DNA of 64,000 nt from Dehalococcoidia bacterium (GCA_965207225.1 CBDBLV010000005.1:1792001-1856000), one strand, 5' to 3'. Shown: positions 1-10,277, numbered from the stretch's first letter. Numbers and translations: made by a program. Notes: generated by a model not told the origin, from the letters alone.

Positions 1-867
1 TCCGCCAGGGCCGTAGTGCTCGGCAGTGGCGGCTTCGAGGCCAGCCCCGAAATGCGCGCCCGACACCTCGGCCCCAAGTGGGAAAACGTCAAGGTCCGCG
101 GCACCCGCCACAACACCGGCGAAGTCCTTGAGGCGGCCATCGAGGTTGGAGCCTCGGGCGCCGGGCAGTGGGACGGTTGCCACGCCACACCCATCGACGC
201 CTTCGCCCCCGACGTCGGTGACCTCAAGCTCACCGACTCCACCAACCGTCTCTCCTACCCTTACGGGATAATGGTTAACCGAGACGGGCGTCGCTTCATG
301 GACGAAGGCGAAGACCTCGGAGCCTACACCTATGCTAAGGCAGGAGGCCTCATCCTTGAACAGCCTTCAGGTGTGGCCTTCCAGATCTTCGACAGGAAGA
401 CCGTTCACCTTCTCGAACCCCGCTATCAGACCGCTGAACCCGTTCAGGGCCACACAGTTGATGAGTTGGAGGACGATCTGGCTCTGCCTCCCCAGTCCCT
501 GCTCAACACCGTCCGGGACTACAACATGTCGGTCTTCAAAGGCCCCTTCGACCCCGCAATCAGGGATGGAAACGCCACCGTTGGCCTGACTCCTCCAAAG
601 TCCAACTGGGCCCTGCCCCTCAACTCCCCACCCTTTTCCGTCTATCCTGTTACCGGCGGCATCACTTTCACCTTCGGCGGCCTGAAAATCGACACCAATG
701 CCCGTGTCCTCGACACCTCCGGCGCCCCCATGCCCGGCCTCTATGCCACTGGCGAAATTACCGGAGAGTTCTTCTATCACAACTATCCCGGCGGCTCCGG
801 GCTGATGCGGGGAGCGGTCTTCGGCCGCATCGCCGGCAGGGAAGCCGCAGGGCATTCACTGGGGTGA
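1..867 (+). CDS. FAD-dependent oxidoreductase, tricarballylate dehydrogenase TcuA / flavocytochrome c family (5' truncated by window)
   Basis: Frame open from base 1 (SARAVVLGSGGFEA); motifs RRFMDEG, GITFTFGGLKID, GLYATGE, NYPGGSGLMRGAVFGRIAG. Confidence 0.8.
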   Translation, partial: SARAVVLGSGGFEASPEMRARHLGPKWENVKVRGTRHNTGEVLEAAIEVGASGAGQWDGCHATPIDAFAPDVGDLKLTDSTNRLSYPYGIMVNRDGRRFMDEGEDLGAYTYAKAGGLILEQPSGVAFQIFDRKTVHLLEPRYQTAEPVQGHTVDELEDDLALPPQSLLNTVRDYNMSVFKGPFDPAIRDGNATVGLTPPKSNWALPLNSPPFSVYPVTGGITFTFGGLKIDTNARVLDTSGAPMPGLYATGEITGEFFYHNYPGGSGLMRGAVFGRIAGREAAGHSLG

Positions 868-880
868 GGCCAGAAGCGAA

Positions 881-2227
881 ATGAACGAGACCCGGCGCCT
901 TGCCCAATTCGTCCATGACACCGGCCATGATGACCTCCCGAGAGAGGTTGTTGAGGTGTGTCGAGTATTCCTCCTGGACAACCTCGCCAGCGCACTCGTC
1001 GGGGCCCGGACCCCGTGGGCAAAAATGGTGCAGAGCCTGGGTGAAGAGAACGGAAGCCAGGCAAAATGCTCGATACTGGGCATAAACAAGTCGGTATCGA
1101 TGCCCTACGCGGCCCTTGCCAACGGCACGGCGATCGCCGGCTTCGAGACCGACCAGGCCTACTATCCCGGATCATGTCATCCGGGGGCAGTAGTCCTTCC
1201 CGCCCTTCTTGCCGTCGCTCAGACTCAGCCCATCGATGGTAGGCGGTTCCTGGAATCCTTCGCTCTAGCCTACGAAGCAGTCTGCCGCATAGGTCGGGCG
1301 GCGGGCCGCGCTGTCGAGGACAAGGCCGGGTTTCACGGGCCGGGCACTAACGGCCCCTTCGGCTCCGCTATGGCGGCCGGCAAAGCCCTCGGCCTGGATA
1401 TCGAATGCCTCGTGAACGCCCTTGGAATCGCAGGCTCCCACGGTGCTGGCATCATGGAGTTCGCCCGAGAAGGCGCTATGACCAAGCGACTCCACCTCGG
1501 CAGAGCCGCCCAGACCGGCCTGGAAAGCGCCCTCCTCGCTCAGAAGGGCTTCACCGGCCCCTCCACCGTCCTCGAAGGCGAGCGTGGTTTCCTAAATGTC
1601 TACTCCCCCACCCCCCACCCCACCCTCCTCACCCGTGACCTCGGCAGCGAGTGGGTACTCTTCGGCGTAAGCTGCAAGGCCTACGCTTGCCACCTCTCCT
1701 TCCATCCGGTGATCGATAAGGTAGTTGGATTCAAAGAGGAATCGGGGCTGAATGCGAAGGAGATTCAAACAGTCCGCGTAGCGACAAACCCTACAGTCGT
1801 CCGAAAGCACGGCCAGAAATCCCCAGCTACCATTCTCGGGGCCCAGTACAGCCTGCCCTTCTCCCTTGCCATCGCCCTCCTCCGAGACATCAAAAACCCC
1901 GCCGTCTTCAACGAATCGACTGTCGCCGACGAAGAAATCAGGAGTCTGGCGGGTATAGTCGAGCTTGAATCGCGTGAGATAGATAACGGCCCCATGGCCT
2001 CGATTATCATCAAAGCCAACGGGCAAAGGTCTATCCTGGAGGCGACCGACTGGAAAGGCGCCCCGACCAACCCCTACTCCTTCAAGGAAATCAGCGATAA
2101 GTTCAGGACCTATGCTTCCGGTGTCATTGATGCGGAGAAAATCGAAGAGGCAATCACTAAAATCGCAAGACTGGAGGATGAGCCCGACACCGCCATCCTC
2201 GCCCGACTCCTCTCCCCCGCAACCTAA
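881..2227 (+). CDS. MmgE/PrpD family protein
   Basis: AALANG...D...HP, TKRLHLG, GFTGP.VLEG..GF, K.YAC...HP, AQYSLPF, KF motifs; 448 aa. Confidence 0.9.
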   Translation: MNETRRLAQFVHDTGHDDLPREVVEVCRVFLLDNLASALVGARTPWAKMVQSLGEENGSQAKCSILGINKSVSMPYAALANGTAIAGFETDQAYYPGSCHPGAVVLPALLAVAQTQPIDGRRFLESFALAYEAVCRIGRAAGRAVEDKAGFHGPGTNGPFGSAMAAGKALGLDIECLVNALGIAGSHGAGIMEFAREGAMTKRLHLGRAAQTGLESALLAQKGFTGPSTVLEGERGFLNVYSPTPHPTLLTRDLGSEWVLFGVSCKAYACHLSFHPVIDKVVGFKEESGLNAKEIQTVRVATNPTVVRKHGQKSPATILGAQYSLPFSLAIALLRDIKNPAVFNESTVADEEIRSLAGIVELESREIDNGPMASIIIKANGQRSILEATDWKGAPTNPYSFKEISDKFRTYASGVIDAEKIEEAITKIARLEDEPDTAILARLLSPAT

Positions 2228-2248
2228 CCCTGTCGCCGAGGATACGAT

Positions 2249-3163
2249 ATGAGCAAAGGCAAAGACTTCCGACGCCTCTTCCAGGAAAACAACTACGTCT
2301 ACAGCACCGGCGTAACCGGAGCCCTGGATGCTTCGATTGCGGAAAGGGTCGGGCTCAAGTTCGTCTACATGAGCGGCTACTCGACCTCCCTGGCCCTCCT
2401 CGCGAAGGCCGACCTCGGATTCCTCTCCTCCACCGAAATGGTCTCCCACGCCGCCCAGATTGCGGACGCCACCACGCTGCCCGTCATTGCGGACGCCGAC
2501 GATGGCTTCGGCAACGCACTCACCGTCATGCGCACCGTGGAAAGTTACGAAAGGGCGGGTGTAGCCGGAATCCACATCGAAGACCAGGTCGCTCCCAAGC
2601 GTTGCGGCCACCTCGCGGGCAAAAGGGTGCTGCCCCTGGATGAAGCCGTAGGCAAGTTCAAGGCCGCCCTCGCCGCCCGACAGGACCCCGACTTCCTGAT
2701 CATCGCCCGTACCGACGCCCGGGATGCCGAAGGTGGCACCTTTGACGAGGCTGTTCGCCGAGGCAAGACCTACGCCTCCCTGGGCGCAGATATGGTCTGG
2801 TCGGAGTTCGGCGACCCTGACGCCATCGGCGAGTTCGAAAAATTCGCCGAAGAAGTGCAGATGGAACGACCCGGCATCCCCTTGGTCTTCAACTACTCGT
2901 CATCCCTCAAATGGGGCAGCAGTAGGAACCGGGTGTCGTTCCGCCAGCTTTCCGACATGGGCTACAAGGTCATCTTGGTCAGCATGGGCTGTGTCCATGC
3001 CGCCATGCACGCCGTATGGGACTTCATGGCTGACCTGAAGGAGAATGGAGAACAGGCCCAGTTCCGTCAGGAAGAAGCCATAAAGGGCCACCCGACGGAA
3101 GACCACCACGCTATGGGCAACATCGCCCTCTACGAAAGGCTGACTAGGGACTACGTCCGATAG
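2249..3163 (+). CDS. Isocitrate lyase/PEP mutase family (methylisocitrate lyase-like)
   Basis: YMSG, PVIADADDGFG, HIEDQ..PKRCGH, IIARTDA; GAGGA RBS. Confidence 0.9.
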   Translation: MSKGKDFRRLFQENNYVYSTGVTGALDASIAERVGLKFVYMSGYSTSLALLAKADLGFLSSTEMVSHAAQIADATTLPVIADADDGFGNALTVMRTVESYERAGVAGIHIEDQVAPKRCGHLAGKRVLPLDEAVGKFKAALAARQDPDFLIIARTDARDAEGGTFDEAVRRGKTYASLGADMVWSEFGDPDAIGEFEKFAEEVQMERPGIPLVFNYSSSLKWGSSRNRVSFRQLSDMGYKVILVSMGCVHAAMHAVWDFMADLKENGEQAQFRQEEAIKGHPTEDHHAMGNIALYERLTRDYVR

Positions 3164-3166
3164 CTC

Positions 3167-3976
3167 TCACGCAAGCCGAGGCACGATGATGAAGTCGTCG
3201 TGCACTTCCCGCCGGGCTTCGTCCCCCATCCCCTTCACCGCCTCCGACAGCTCCCTGAGATGCTCGATTCCCATTTCCAGCCGGTGCTCGTTCGGGTGCG
3301 TCGGCGCCGACTGCTCGTAGTCGACACCCGGCTCCCTGGTCATCTCTATGTGACAGCCCAGCACCCAGGAAACAAAGCGGGTGCCGGTGAACTCGATCAT
3401 CCTCTTAAGGCTGGCCCTATAGGCCGGAAAGTCCCGAACGTACAACCGACCCGGGTACAGGAAGTCGTTGGTTATCAGGATGGCCGTATCCCGATCATAG
3501 GTCGCGATTCCCGCCACGTCGTGGCCCGGGATCGGGATAAGGTCGATAACCCGGTTCCCCAGGTCAACCGTAGCTGAAGTCTCGGGCCAGGGCTTCATGT
3601 CGAAGAAATCCGCCACCTCCTCGGGCGTGTGCCCGACTATCTTCGTGTTCCCCCGACCCTCGAACTGCCAGTCCCCCGCAAGATGGTCAAAATGTGAATG
3701 TGTATGCGTCACGATGAGCGGAAAATCTCCGCCGACAAGCCCGTCAACCGTCTCCCTCAGGGGGAGCTTCCCCGGCGCCCCTGTATCGAAAAGCATCGCC
3801 CGCTCCGACCCCGTAAACAGGTACATGAAAGGCGCTTCCCAGTGGTCAAGGAGAGATTGTCGCATAATCCACATGCCTTCAGCGTGGCGGTGGACCTGAA
3901 GCGCAGGTTCGTTGGGGTCCAGCCCGTCGACCCAGTGTTCGGGAAAGGGAGTGGATTGTTTGGTTGTCATCTCCAT
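3167..3976 (-). CDS. MBL-fold metallo-hydrolase
   Basis: DTG, THTHSHFDH (HxHxDH), PGH, D, GCH metal motifs. Confidence 0.85.
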   Translation of the reverse strand: MEMTTKQSTPFPEHWVDGLDPNEPALQVHRHAEGMWIMRQSLLDHWEAPFMYLFTGSERAMLFDTGAPGKLPLRETVDGLVGGDFPLIVTHTHSHFDHLAGDWQFEGRGNTKIVGHTPEEVADFFDMKPWPETSATVDLGNRVIDLIPIPGHDVAGIATYDRDTAILITNDFLYPGRLYVRDFPAYRASLKRMIEFTGTRFVSWVLGCHIEMTREPGVDYEQSAPTHPNEHRLEMGIEHLRELSEAVKGMGDEARREVHDDFIIVPRLA

Positions 3977-4142
3977 TCCTCCTCAAGGCTCAATCGCAAG
4001 GTAAGCGTTCACATGCCGTTATCTTATCGGGGCTGCGGTAAGGATGCTACCGTGACCCGTGAAAGTCGGGACACGAGGGCCAGTTTAGTGATAAAGTCGG
4101 GCCGCAGGGCCCGGTTCACGACCATTCTGTGAGGGACGCCAA

Positions 4143-5327
4143 ATGCGCTTCGATAGCACGCCCTACTACCACGTCGGGGAGCCCTACTACGCCATCGGCT
4201 GGGACGCTCTGATGAAGGAAGTGCGGGAGGAGGCCCGACTCATAGAAGACGCAGGCTTTACCACCATGTGGTTCGCCGAACACCACTTCGCCTGGGACGG
4301 CTACTACAACGCCGCCCCCAACCCCCTCCTCGTTGCTGGAGACCTTATCCCCCGCACCACCACCCTCCGCTTCGGGGCCCTCGGCACCGCCCTCCCCGAC
4401 CGCCACCCCATCCACGTAGCCGAAGACGTCGCCATGCTTGACCTGATGAGTGAGGGCCGCATGGAGTTCGGGATCATGCGCGGCGCCAACAACCGGGCCT
4501 GCATCCAGTTCCACCCCGACGCCGACCGCCGTAACAAGGACGTCAACTACCGCCTCTTCGCCGAATGTCTTGAAATAATCATCAAGGCCTGGACTGAAGA
4601 AGCCTTCACCCACGAAGGCGAGTTCTACACCTTCCCGGCCCCCGGCTGGCGTGAGACCGTTAAGGAGATTACCGGCAAAAGCCCTCTCCACTTCTCGGAG
4701 GACGGCGAGATGGTCGCCCTCGGCCTGCACCCGAAACCCTACCAGAAGCCCTACCCCCCTATCTGGCAGATGGCCGACGCCCTGGACTCCCACCTATTCG
4801 CCGCCGAGCGAGGCTTGAACGTCATGTGCTACTCGCCGCCCGTGGCGACCATCAAGGAACGGTGGTTGGCCTATAGGGATGCGGCTCGGGCGGCGGGCCA
4901 CCAAGTGGACTTTGGTGAGAACCTCGCCGTGATGAAGCCCTGTTTTGTGGTCAAGAGTATGGACGACGAGGCCCTCGCCGCCGCCCGGGCTGGTACCAAT
5001 TTCCTCTTCGACCGATCGCCTCTCGCCAAGGTCGGCCGCCACATCTACATCGCCGAGGGCGAGACCCTGACGGCTCAGGACAACTCCGACGACTGGTTCG
5101 ACTTTCTCCGCCGCAACGGCCACCTCTGGGTCGGCACCCCCGACTTCGTCATTGAGAAAATCTCGGAGCTGGAGTCGGAATTGAACTGCAATCACGTCGG
5201 CCTGTTCTTGAACATCCCGGGCCTCAGCTTCCGGCAGGTTATGGACAGCCTCTCCCTCTTCGCAGAACACGTCATGCCGGAATTCCAGAAATCATCCCCA
5301 ATGGTCGGGGCCCGGGCCGCGGGCTAA
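4143..5327 (+). CDS. Luciferase-like (LLM) flavin-dependent oxidoreductase
   Basis: WFAEHHF, HPIHVAED.AMLD..S.GR, PKPYQKP.PPIW, VGTPD, FAEHVMP. Confidence 0.92.
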   Translation: MRFDSTPYYHVGEPYYAIGWDALMKEVREEARLIEDAGFTTMWFAEHHFAWDGYYNAAPNPLLVAGDLIPRTTTLRFGALGTALPDRHPIHVAEDVAMLDLMSEGRMEFGIMRGANNRACIQFHPDADRRNKDVNYRLFAECLEIIIKAWTEEAFTHEGEFYTFPAPGWRETVKEITGKSPLHFSEDGEMVALGLHPKPYQKPYPPIWQMADALDSHLFAAERGLNVMCYSPPVATIKERWLAYRDAARAAGHQVDFGENLAVMKPCFVVKSMDDEALAAARAGTNFLFDRSPLAKVGRHIYIAEGETLTAQDNSDDWFDFLRRNGHLWVGTPDFVIEKISELESELNCNHVGLFLNIPGLSFRQVMDSLSLFAEHVMPEFQKSSPMVGARAAG

Positions 5328-5358
5328 CCGCCAACTAATTCACGGAGGACATCAATCA

Positions 5359-5808
5359 GTGCAAAGTACAGCCCAGACCGTAGAAGACTACCTCGCCGAG
5401 TTGTCTCCTGAGCGACAGCACGCCATGGGCGAAGTCCGTAAAGCCATCCTCGACAGCTTGCCGGAGGGCTTCGAAGAGATCATGGACTTCGGCATGATCG
5501 GCTACGTTATCCCCCTGGAGACCTACCCCAAGACCTACAACGGCCATCCCCTCCAGTACGCTGCCCTGGCCTCACAGAAGAACTACATGTCCCTCTACCT
5601 CATGTGCATCTACGCCCACGAGGAATCGAGGATGTGGTTTATGGACGAACTGGAAAAGCGAGGCAAGAAGCTCAACATCGGCAAGGCGTGCATCCGTTTC
5701 AAGAAATTGGAAGACCTGCCCCTGGACCTGGTGGGAGAGGCCATTGCCCACGGTTCGGTGGAAGGCTACTTAGAGATCTACGAATCTGCGCGCAAGGGCC
5801 GCAAGTAA
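5359..5808 (+). CDS. DUF1801 domain protein
   Basis: TVEDYL..L, GMIGY, LASQKNYMSLY, GKACIRFKK; GGAGG RBS with GTG start. Confidence 0.85.
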   Translation: MQSTAQTVEDYLAELSPERQHAMGEVRKAILDSLPEGFEEIMDFGMIGYVIPLETYPKTYNGHPLQYAALASQKNYMSLYLMCIYAHEESRMWFMDELEKRGKKLNIGKACIRFKKLEDLPLDLVGEAIAHGSVEGYLEIYESARKGRK

Positions 5809-5836
5809 CCCCCGAGTCCCCACAAGGAGCCCCGAC

Positions 5837-7291
5837 ATGGCCGACATTCTCGTCACCGGCGCCACCATCATCACCATGGACCCCTCCCGACGTGTCATCG
5901 AAGATGGCGCCCTCGCCATCGAAGCTGATCGCATAGTAGCAGTCGGCCCCCGGGCCGACGTCGAATCCCAACACCCTGCCCCTACCGCGATAGATGCCCA
6001 GCGAATGGTCTGCCTCCCCGGCCTCATCGACGTTCATGGCCATGCCGGCCACGCCCTCGTCAAGACCATGGACCACGACTCCTTTGGCCGTTGGCGGGAG
6101 ACCGTCGAGCTAATCTACGCCGAGGGCACCGACGAAGAATTCTGGTACGCCGAGGCCTCCCTGGCCGCGCTGGAAAGGCTGAAGTTCGGCACGACCTGCG
6201 GCCTCAGCTACTTCGGCGGGGGCCGCATGCTCATCCGCACCGACGACCCCGTCTACGCCAACCGCCACTGTGAAGCCGTTTCGGCGGTCGGGATCCGGGA
6301 GTTCCTCGCCGTAGGCCCCAGCTCCCCACCCTTCCCCCGGCGCTTCACCAGGTGGGACACTAACGGTCAACACGAGTACATGGCCGACTTTGACCAGCAG
6401 ATGGCGTCGACCGAAGAAATCATCAAGTCCTGGAACGGCGCCGCCGATGGCCGGATGAACGTCTGCCTAACCTCCTCTACCATGAACATGACCCGACCTC
6501 CTTATGCAGGCAAACCCATGGACGAGCTAAGGGTCGAAGCGCGCGCAGTCCGAGACATGGCAGACAAACTCGGCGTCCTCCTCACCCAGGACGGCCATGC
6601 CGCCGGTACCATTGCCTTCGCCCACAGGGAGCTGGGCATTCTCGGCTCCGACGTTATCCTGTCCCACAGCGTCGGCCTCACTGACGAAGAGATAGCCATC
6701 TGCGCCGAGACCGACACCAAGATCGCCCACAACCCTAGCTCCCCCAATTCCTACCCCGCCCGCTGCCCCGTCCCCCAACTCCTCGACGCTGGAGTCACCG
6801 TGGCCCTCGGCTCCGACGCCGCCTCCCCCGACATGAACTACGATATGTTCCGCCACATGTATTCTTGTATGCGCCAGCACCGCGCCCAGTTCGGCGAGGG
6901 CGCCTACATACCCCCCGGCAAGGTCCTCGAAATGTGCACCATAGACGGCGCCCGCGCCCTGGGTTTGGACTCGGAAATCGGCTCCCTGGAGGTCGGCAAG
7001 AAGGCCGACCTCATCCTTCTGGACATGGACAAGCCCCACCTCTACCCCCTCAACATGCCCGTGCACCGGATCACTAACTTCGCCGGCGGCCAGGACGTCG
7101 ACACCGTGATCGTCGATGGCAGAATTCTAATGCAAGGCCGAGCCGTCAAAACCGTCGACGAATCCGAAGTCCTGGCCCGCGCCCAATCCGCCACCGACAC
7201 CATGCTCGAACGCACCGGCCTCCACCCGAGCCTCGGCATGGGAGAAGGCTTCTGGGGCCAAAGCCGCTACCCCCGGGCCTGGGACGTATAG
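5837..7291 (+). CDS. Metal-dependent amidohydrolase (SsnA/MtaD-like deaminase family)
   Basis: PGLIDVHGH, LSH, AHNP.S, LGSD, GSLEVGKKAD. Confidence 0.9.
   Translation: MADILVTGATIITMDPSRRVIEDGALAIEADRIVAVGPRADVESQHPAPTAIDAQRMVCLPGLIDVHGHAGHALVKTMDHDSFGRWRETVELIYAEGTDEEFWYAEASLAALERLKFGTTCGLSYFGGGRMLIRTDDPVYANRHCEAVSAVGIREFLAVGPSSPPFPRRFTRWDTNGQHEYMADFDQQMASTEEIIKSWNGAADGRMNVCLTSSTMNMTRPPYAGKPMDELRVEARAVRDMADKLGVLLTQDGHAAGTIAFAHRELGILGSDVILSHSVGLTDEEIAICAETDTKIAHNPSSPNSYPARCPVPQLLDAGVTVALGSDAASPDMNYDMFRHMYSCMRQHRAQFGEGAYIPPGKVLEMCTIDGARALGLDSEIGSLEVGKKADLILLDMDKPHLYPLNMPVHRITNFAGGQDVDTVIVDGRILMQGRAVKTVDESEVLARAQSATDTMLERTGLHPSLGMGEGFWGQSRYPRAWDV
7213..7286 (+). repeat. 74-bp direct repeat, copy 1 (3' end of amidohydrolase gene)
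   Basis: CACCGGCCTCCACCCGAG...CCGGGCCTGGGACG identical to 7578-7651. Confidence 0.95.
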
Positions 7292-7327
7292 GGTGACTGC
7301 TGTCTTCTTCAAGTATGAGGTGAAGTC

Positions 7328-7543
7328 ATGGAGTACTCGGTTATAGTCCATCAAGCCGAAGAAGGGGGGTTCTGGGTGGAAGTTCCGGCTCTGCCGGGCT
7401 GCTACTCCCAGGGTGAGTCGGTCGAAGACACCCTGCAGAACGTAAGGGAGGCCATAGCGTTGTACCTGGAAACCTTGAGAGACGAGGGTCAGGATGCACC
7501 TAGGGATGCCGACGTAGTCTATCAAGTAAGCGTGGCAGTCTAG
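7328..7543 (+). CDS. hicB: HicB family antitoxin (short, no hicA partner seen)
   Basis: EEGGFWVEVPALPGCYSQGESVEDTL.N.REAI.LYLE signature; GAGGTG RBS. Confidence 0.88.
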   Translation: MEYSVIVHQAEEGGFWVEVPALPGCYSQGESVEDTLQNVREAIALYLETLRDEGQDAPRDADVVYQVSVAV

Positions 7544-7577
7544 TCCGACCCGTGATAACCGATCCCATTCCAAAATT

Positions 7578-7651
7578 CACCGGCCTCCACCCGAGCCTCG
7601 GCATGGGAGAAGGCTTCTGGGGCCAAAGCCGCTACCCCCGGGCCTGGGACG
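7578..7651 (+). repeat. 74-bp direct repeat, copy 2
   Basis: Identical to 7213-7286, followed by an equivalent in-frame stop (TGG GAC GAC TAG). Confidence 0.95.
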
Positions 7652-7793
7652 ACTAGGATTGGCAGCCCCATTATTGCCGTATAATGCTTCTAACTCCCGC
7701 TCCCTGCATCGCAAGGCGTAAGTTATCTACTGGGGTTGTCTGCGGCAGGGCTAAAGGCATGTACGCTTCAATGTTCTTTCAGGAGGTGCACCG

Positions 7794-8978
7794 ATGATAG
7801 AAAAATTCAGTATTCTCTACGCAGGCCACGTCAACGTCGATAATCTCGGCTATGAGGGCACCCCGGCCAACGACCGCTTTCTATCCGACGAAGACCTCGC
7901 CTCAGCCCTCACCATCACCGACCAGATAGCCCAGACCGCCGACCGCCTCGGCTATCACACCCTCTGGCTCGCCGAGCACCACTTCCAGCGCGAAGGCTAC
8001 GAATGCCTCCCCAACCTCCTGCTGCAGAGCGTGCACCTGGCCCACATCACGAAGAACCTGAAGTTCGGCTGCGCGTTCAACGTTCCCCCCATGTGGAACC
8101 CCCTCCGCCTCGCCGAGGACTACGCCCTCGCCGACCACCTCACCGACGGCCGTGTAATCTTCGGCGTCGGGCGCGGATACCACACCCGGGAAGTCGAGTC
8201 CTTCGGCGCACCCATGCTCGACAGGGACGCCAACAGGGACTACTTCGAAGAGCAGGTCGAGGTCATATTCAAAGCCTTCAACAACCGCTCCTTCTCCCAC
8301 CATGGCAAGTACTTCGATATCCCCCCCAGGGTCCCCTACCGAGGCTACGAGCTTGAGGAAATAACCCTCGTCCCCCGGCCCAAGCACCTCCCCGTCGAAT
8401 GCTGGCAGCCCATAGTCAGTTCCAACCAGCGCGGCATCGACTTCATGATCAAGCACGGCATAAAGGCCATCTCGGGCGGGGGTGCTGCACCGGGCGGCGC
8501 TTCCCGGAGGGTGGTGGAGCTCTGGAGAGACTCCCTCGTCAAAGCGGGGCGTACGGATGCCCAGCTCGGAGAAGACCTGATTATCGGCGAAAAGTTCCAC
8601 ATCGCCGACAGCCGTGAGCAGGCCATAAAGGAAGCCCGACCCTACTTCGAGGAGAACACCAAGATGTTCGGCCCCCTGGGCTTTGTGGGTGGGTTGAGCG
8701 ATGAACAGAAAAAAGGCCTCGAAGACCCGACCCAGGAGCTCTGGGACAGCCTCCCGACCATCGAGGACGAGATACGCACCGGCAACTTCCTCTGCGGCAC
8801 CCCCGACCAGATAATCGAACCCCTGAAGCTGCTGGAAGAACTCTACCCCGGCCTCCGGGAAATCAACATTCAGCCCATGATTTCCACGCCCTCCCAGGTC
8901 ATTCTTGAGCAGCTTGAACGTTTCGCTGAAGAAGTAATGCCTGCCTTTATCGTCAAGCAGCCCGCCGCCGCCGGATAA
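7794..8978 (+). CDS. LLM class flavin-dependent oxidoreductase
   Basis: WLAEHHFQ.EG, WNPLRLAEDYA.AD.LT.GR, GVGRGY, FAEEVMP; AGGAGG RBS. Confidence 0.92.
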   Translation: MIEKFSILYAGHVNVDNLGYEGTPANDRFLSDEDLASALTITDQIAQTADRLGYHTLWLAEHHFQREGYECLPNLLLQSVHLAHITKNLKFGCAFNVPPMWNPLRLAEDYALADHLTDGRVIFGVGRGYHTREVESFGAPMLDRDANRDYFEEQVEVIFKAFNNRSFSHHGKYFDIPPRVPYRGYELEEITLVPRPKHLPVECWQPIVSSNQRGIDFMIKHGIKAISGGGAAPGGASRRVVELWRDSLVKAGRTDAQLGEDLIIGEKFHIADSREQAIKEARPYFEENTKMFGPLGFVGGLSDEQKKGLEDPTQELWDSLPTIEDEIRTGNFLCGTPDQIIEPLKLLEELYPGLREINIQPMISTPSQVILEQLERFAEEVMPAFIVKQPAAAG

Positions 8979-9040
8979 GTTGCCGCCAATCGAACAGACT
9001 TTGACTCCACACTGAACAGCCGTAGCAGGAGTGCCAAGGC

Positions 9041-10264
9041 ATGAAAATCTCCTACTTCCACCTGATGCCCTATCAGGACCTCCCCCGAGACTTCGAGACG
9101 AAGTACCGTAGCGCATGGGTGGACCTCCCCAACGAGCACTTTGACCCCGAAAAAGGCGGCCAGTACTACCGGGACTACATCGCCCAGCTCCAGCACGCCG
9201 ACTCCCTCGGCTTCGACGGCATATGTGTCAACGAGCACCACTGCAACGCCTACGGCCTCATGCCGTCGCCCAACCTGATGGCCAGCATCCTCACCCAGAC
9301 CACGTCCAATGCGGCGCTCATTGTTCTCGGGAACAGCCTCGCTCTCTACCAACCCCCTCTCCGCGTCGCCGAGGAGATGGCCATGCTGGACATAATGAGC
9401 AACGGCAGGCTCGTCGCAGGGTTTCCGGTGGGTACTTCCATGGACACCACCTTCTCGTACGGTCAGGTGCCACTGCAGTTGCGGGAACGCCACTCCGAAG
9501 CCCATGACCTGATCATGAAGTCCTGGTCCGAACGCAAACCCTTCGCCTTCAACGGCAAGTACACCAAGCTCCGCTACGTCAACATCTGGCCCCGACCCCT
9601 CCAGCAGCCCCACCCCCCCGTCTGGATCCCCGGCAGCGGCAGCCTCGAGACCTGGGACTGGGTCCTCAACCGCAACTACGTCTACTGCTACCTCAGCTAC
9701 TTCGGCTACCAGAGGGCCGAAAAAGTGGTCGAGGGTTACTGGAACACCGTCGCCGAACGGGGCATCGACGACAACCCCCACAGGTTCGGCTTCCTCCAGC
9801 TCGTATGCGTCTCCGAGACCGATGAGCAGGCCGAAAGAGACTACGCCGAGCACGTCAAGTACTTCTACCAGAAGATGCTCTGGATTTACCCGCCCTTCGC
9901 CGAGGCCCCCGGCTACCGCTCTATCTACTCCATGCGGAAGTCCGTCCGTGCCCAGACCGGCAAGGAAGCCGCAAAAGCGGCCCTGGAGATGGGCTGGAAG
10001 GACTACGTCGAGAAGGGCCACGTCATCGCCGGAAGCCCCAGCACCGTCCGCGAACAGCTCACCGACGCCGTGAAACGGCTCCGCATCGGCCACCTCATGT
10101 GCCTCCTCCACATCGGCAGCATGCCCGACGAAATAGCCCGCAAGAACACCGAACTCTTCGCAAAAGAGGTCATGCCGGGCATGCAGGGCATCTTCAGCGA
10201 ATACGAAGACCCCTGGTGGCCCCAGGCTCTGGGCAAGCCCGCAGCCGCGCCGGTGGTCGGGTAG
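9041..10264 (+). CDS. LLM class flavin-dependent oxidoreductase
   Basis: VNEHH, MPSPNL, PLRVAEE.AMLD.MS.GR, WPRPLQQPHPP, FAKEVMP. Confidence 0.92.
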   Translation: MKISYFHLMPYQDLPRDFETKYRSAWVDLPNEHFDPEKGGQYYRDYIAQLQHADSLGFDGICVNEHHCNAYGLMPSPNLMASILTQTTSNAALIVLGNSLALYQPPLRVAEEMAMLDIMSNGRLVAGFPVGTSMDTTFSYGQVPLQLRERHSEAHDLIMKSWSERKPFAFNGKYTKLRYVNIWPRPLQQPHPPVWIPGSGSLETWDWVLNRNYVYCYLSYFGYQRAEKVVEGYWNTVAERGIDDNPHRFGFLQLVCVSETDEQAERDYAEHVKYFYQKMLWIYPPFAEAPGYRSIYSMRKSVRAQTGKEAAKAALEMGWKDYVEKGHVIAGSPSTVREQLTDAVKRLRIGHLMCLLHIGSMPDEIARKNTELFAKEVMPGMQGIFSEYEDPWWPQALGKPAAAPVVG

Positions 10265-10277
10265 AGAGTTTCGGAGA

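Noticed and set aside
7544-7577. Possible hicA N-terminal remnant (VRPVIT)
   Set aside because: Six codons and no start codon; too weak to call
7902-10111. Long minus-strand ORFs opposite the LLM genes
   Set aside because: Antisense shadows caused by codon bias
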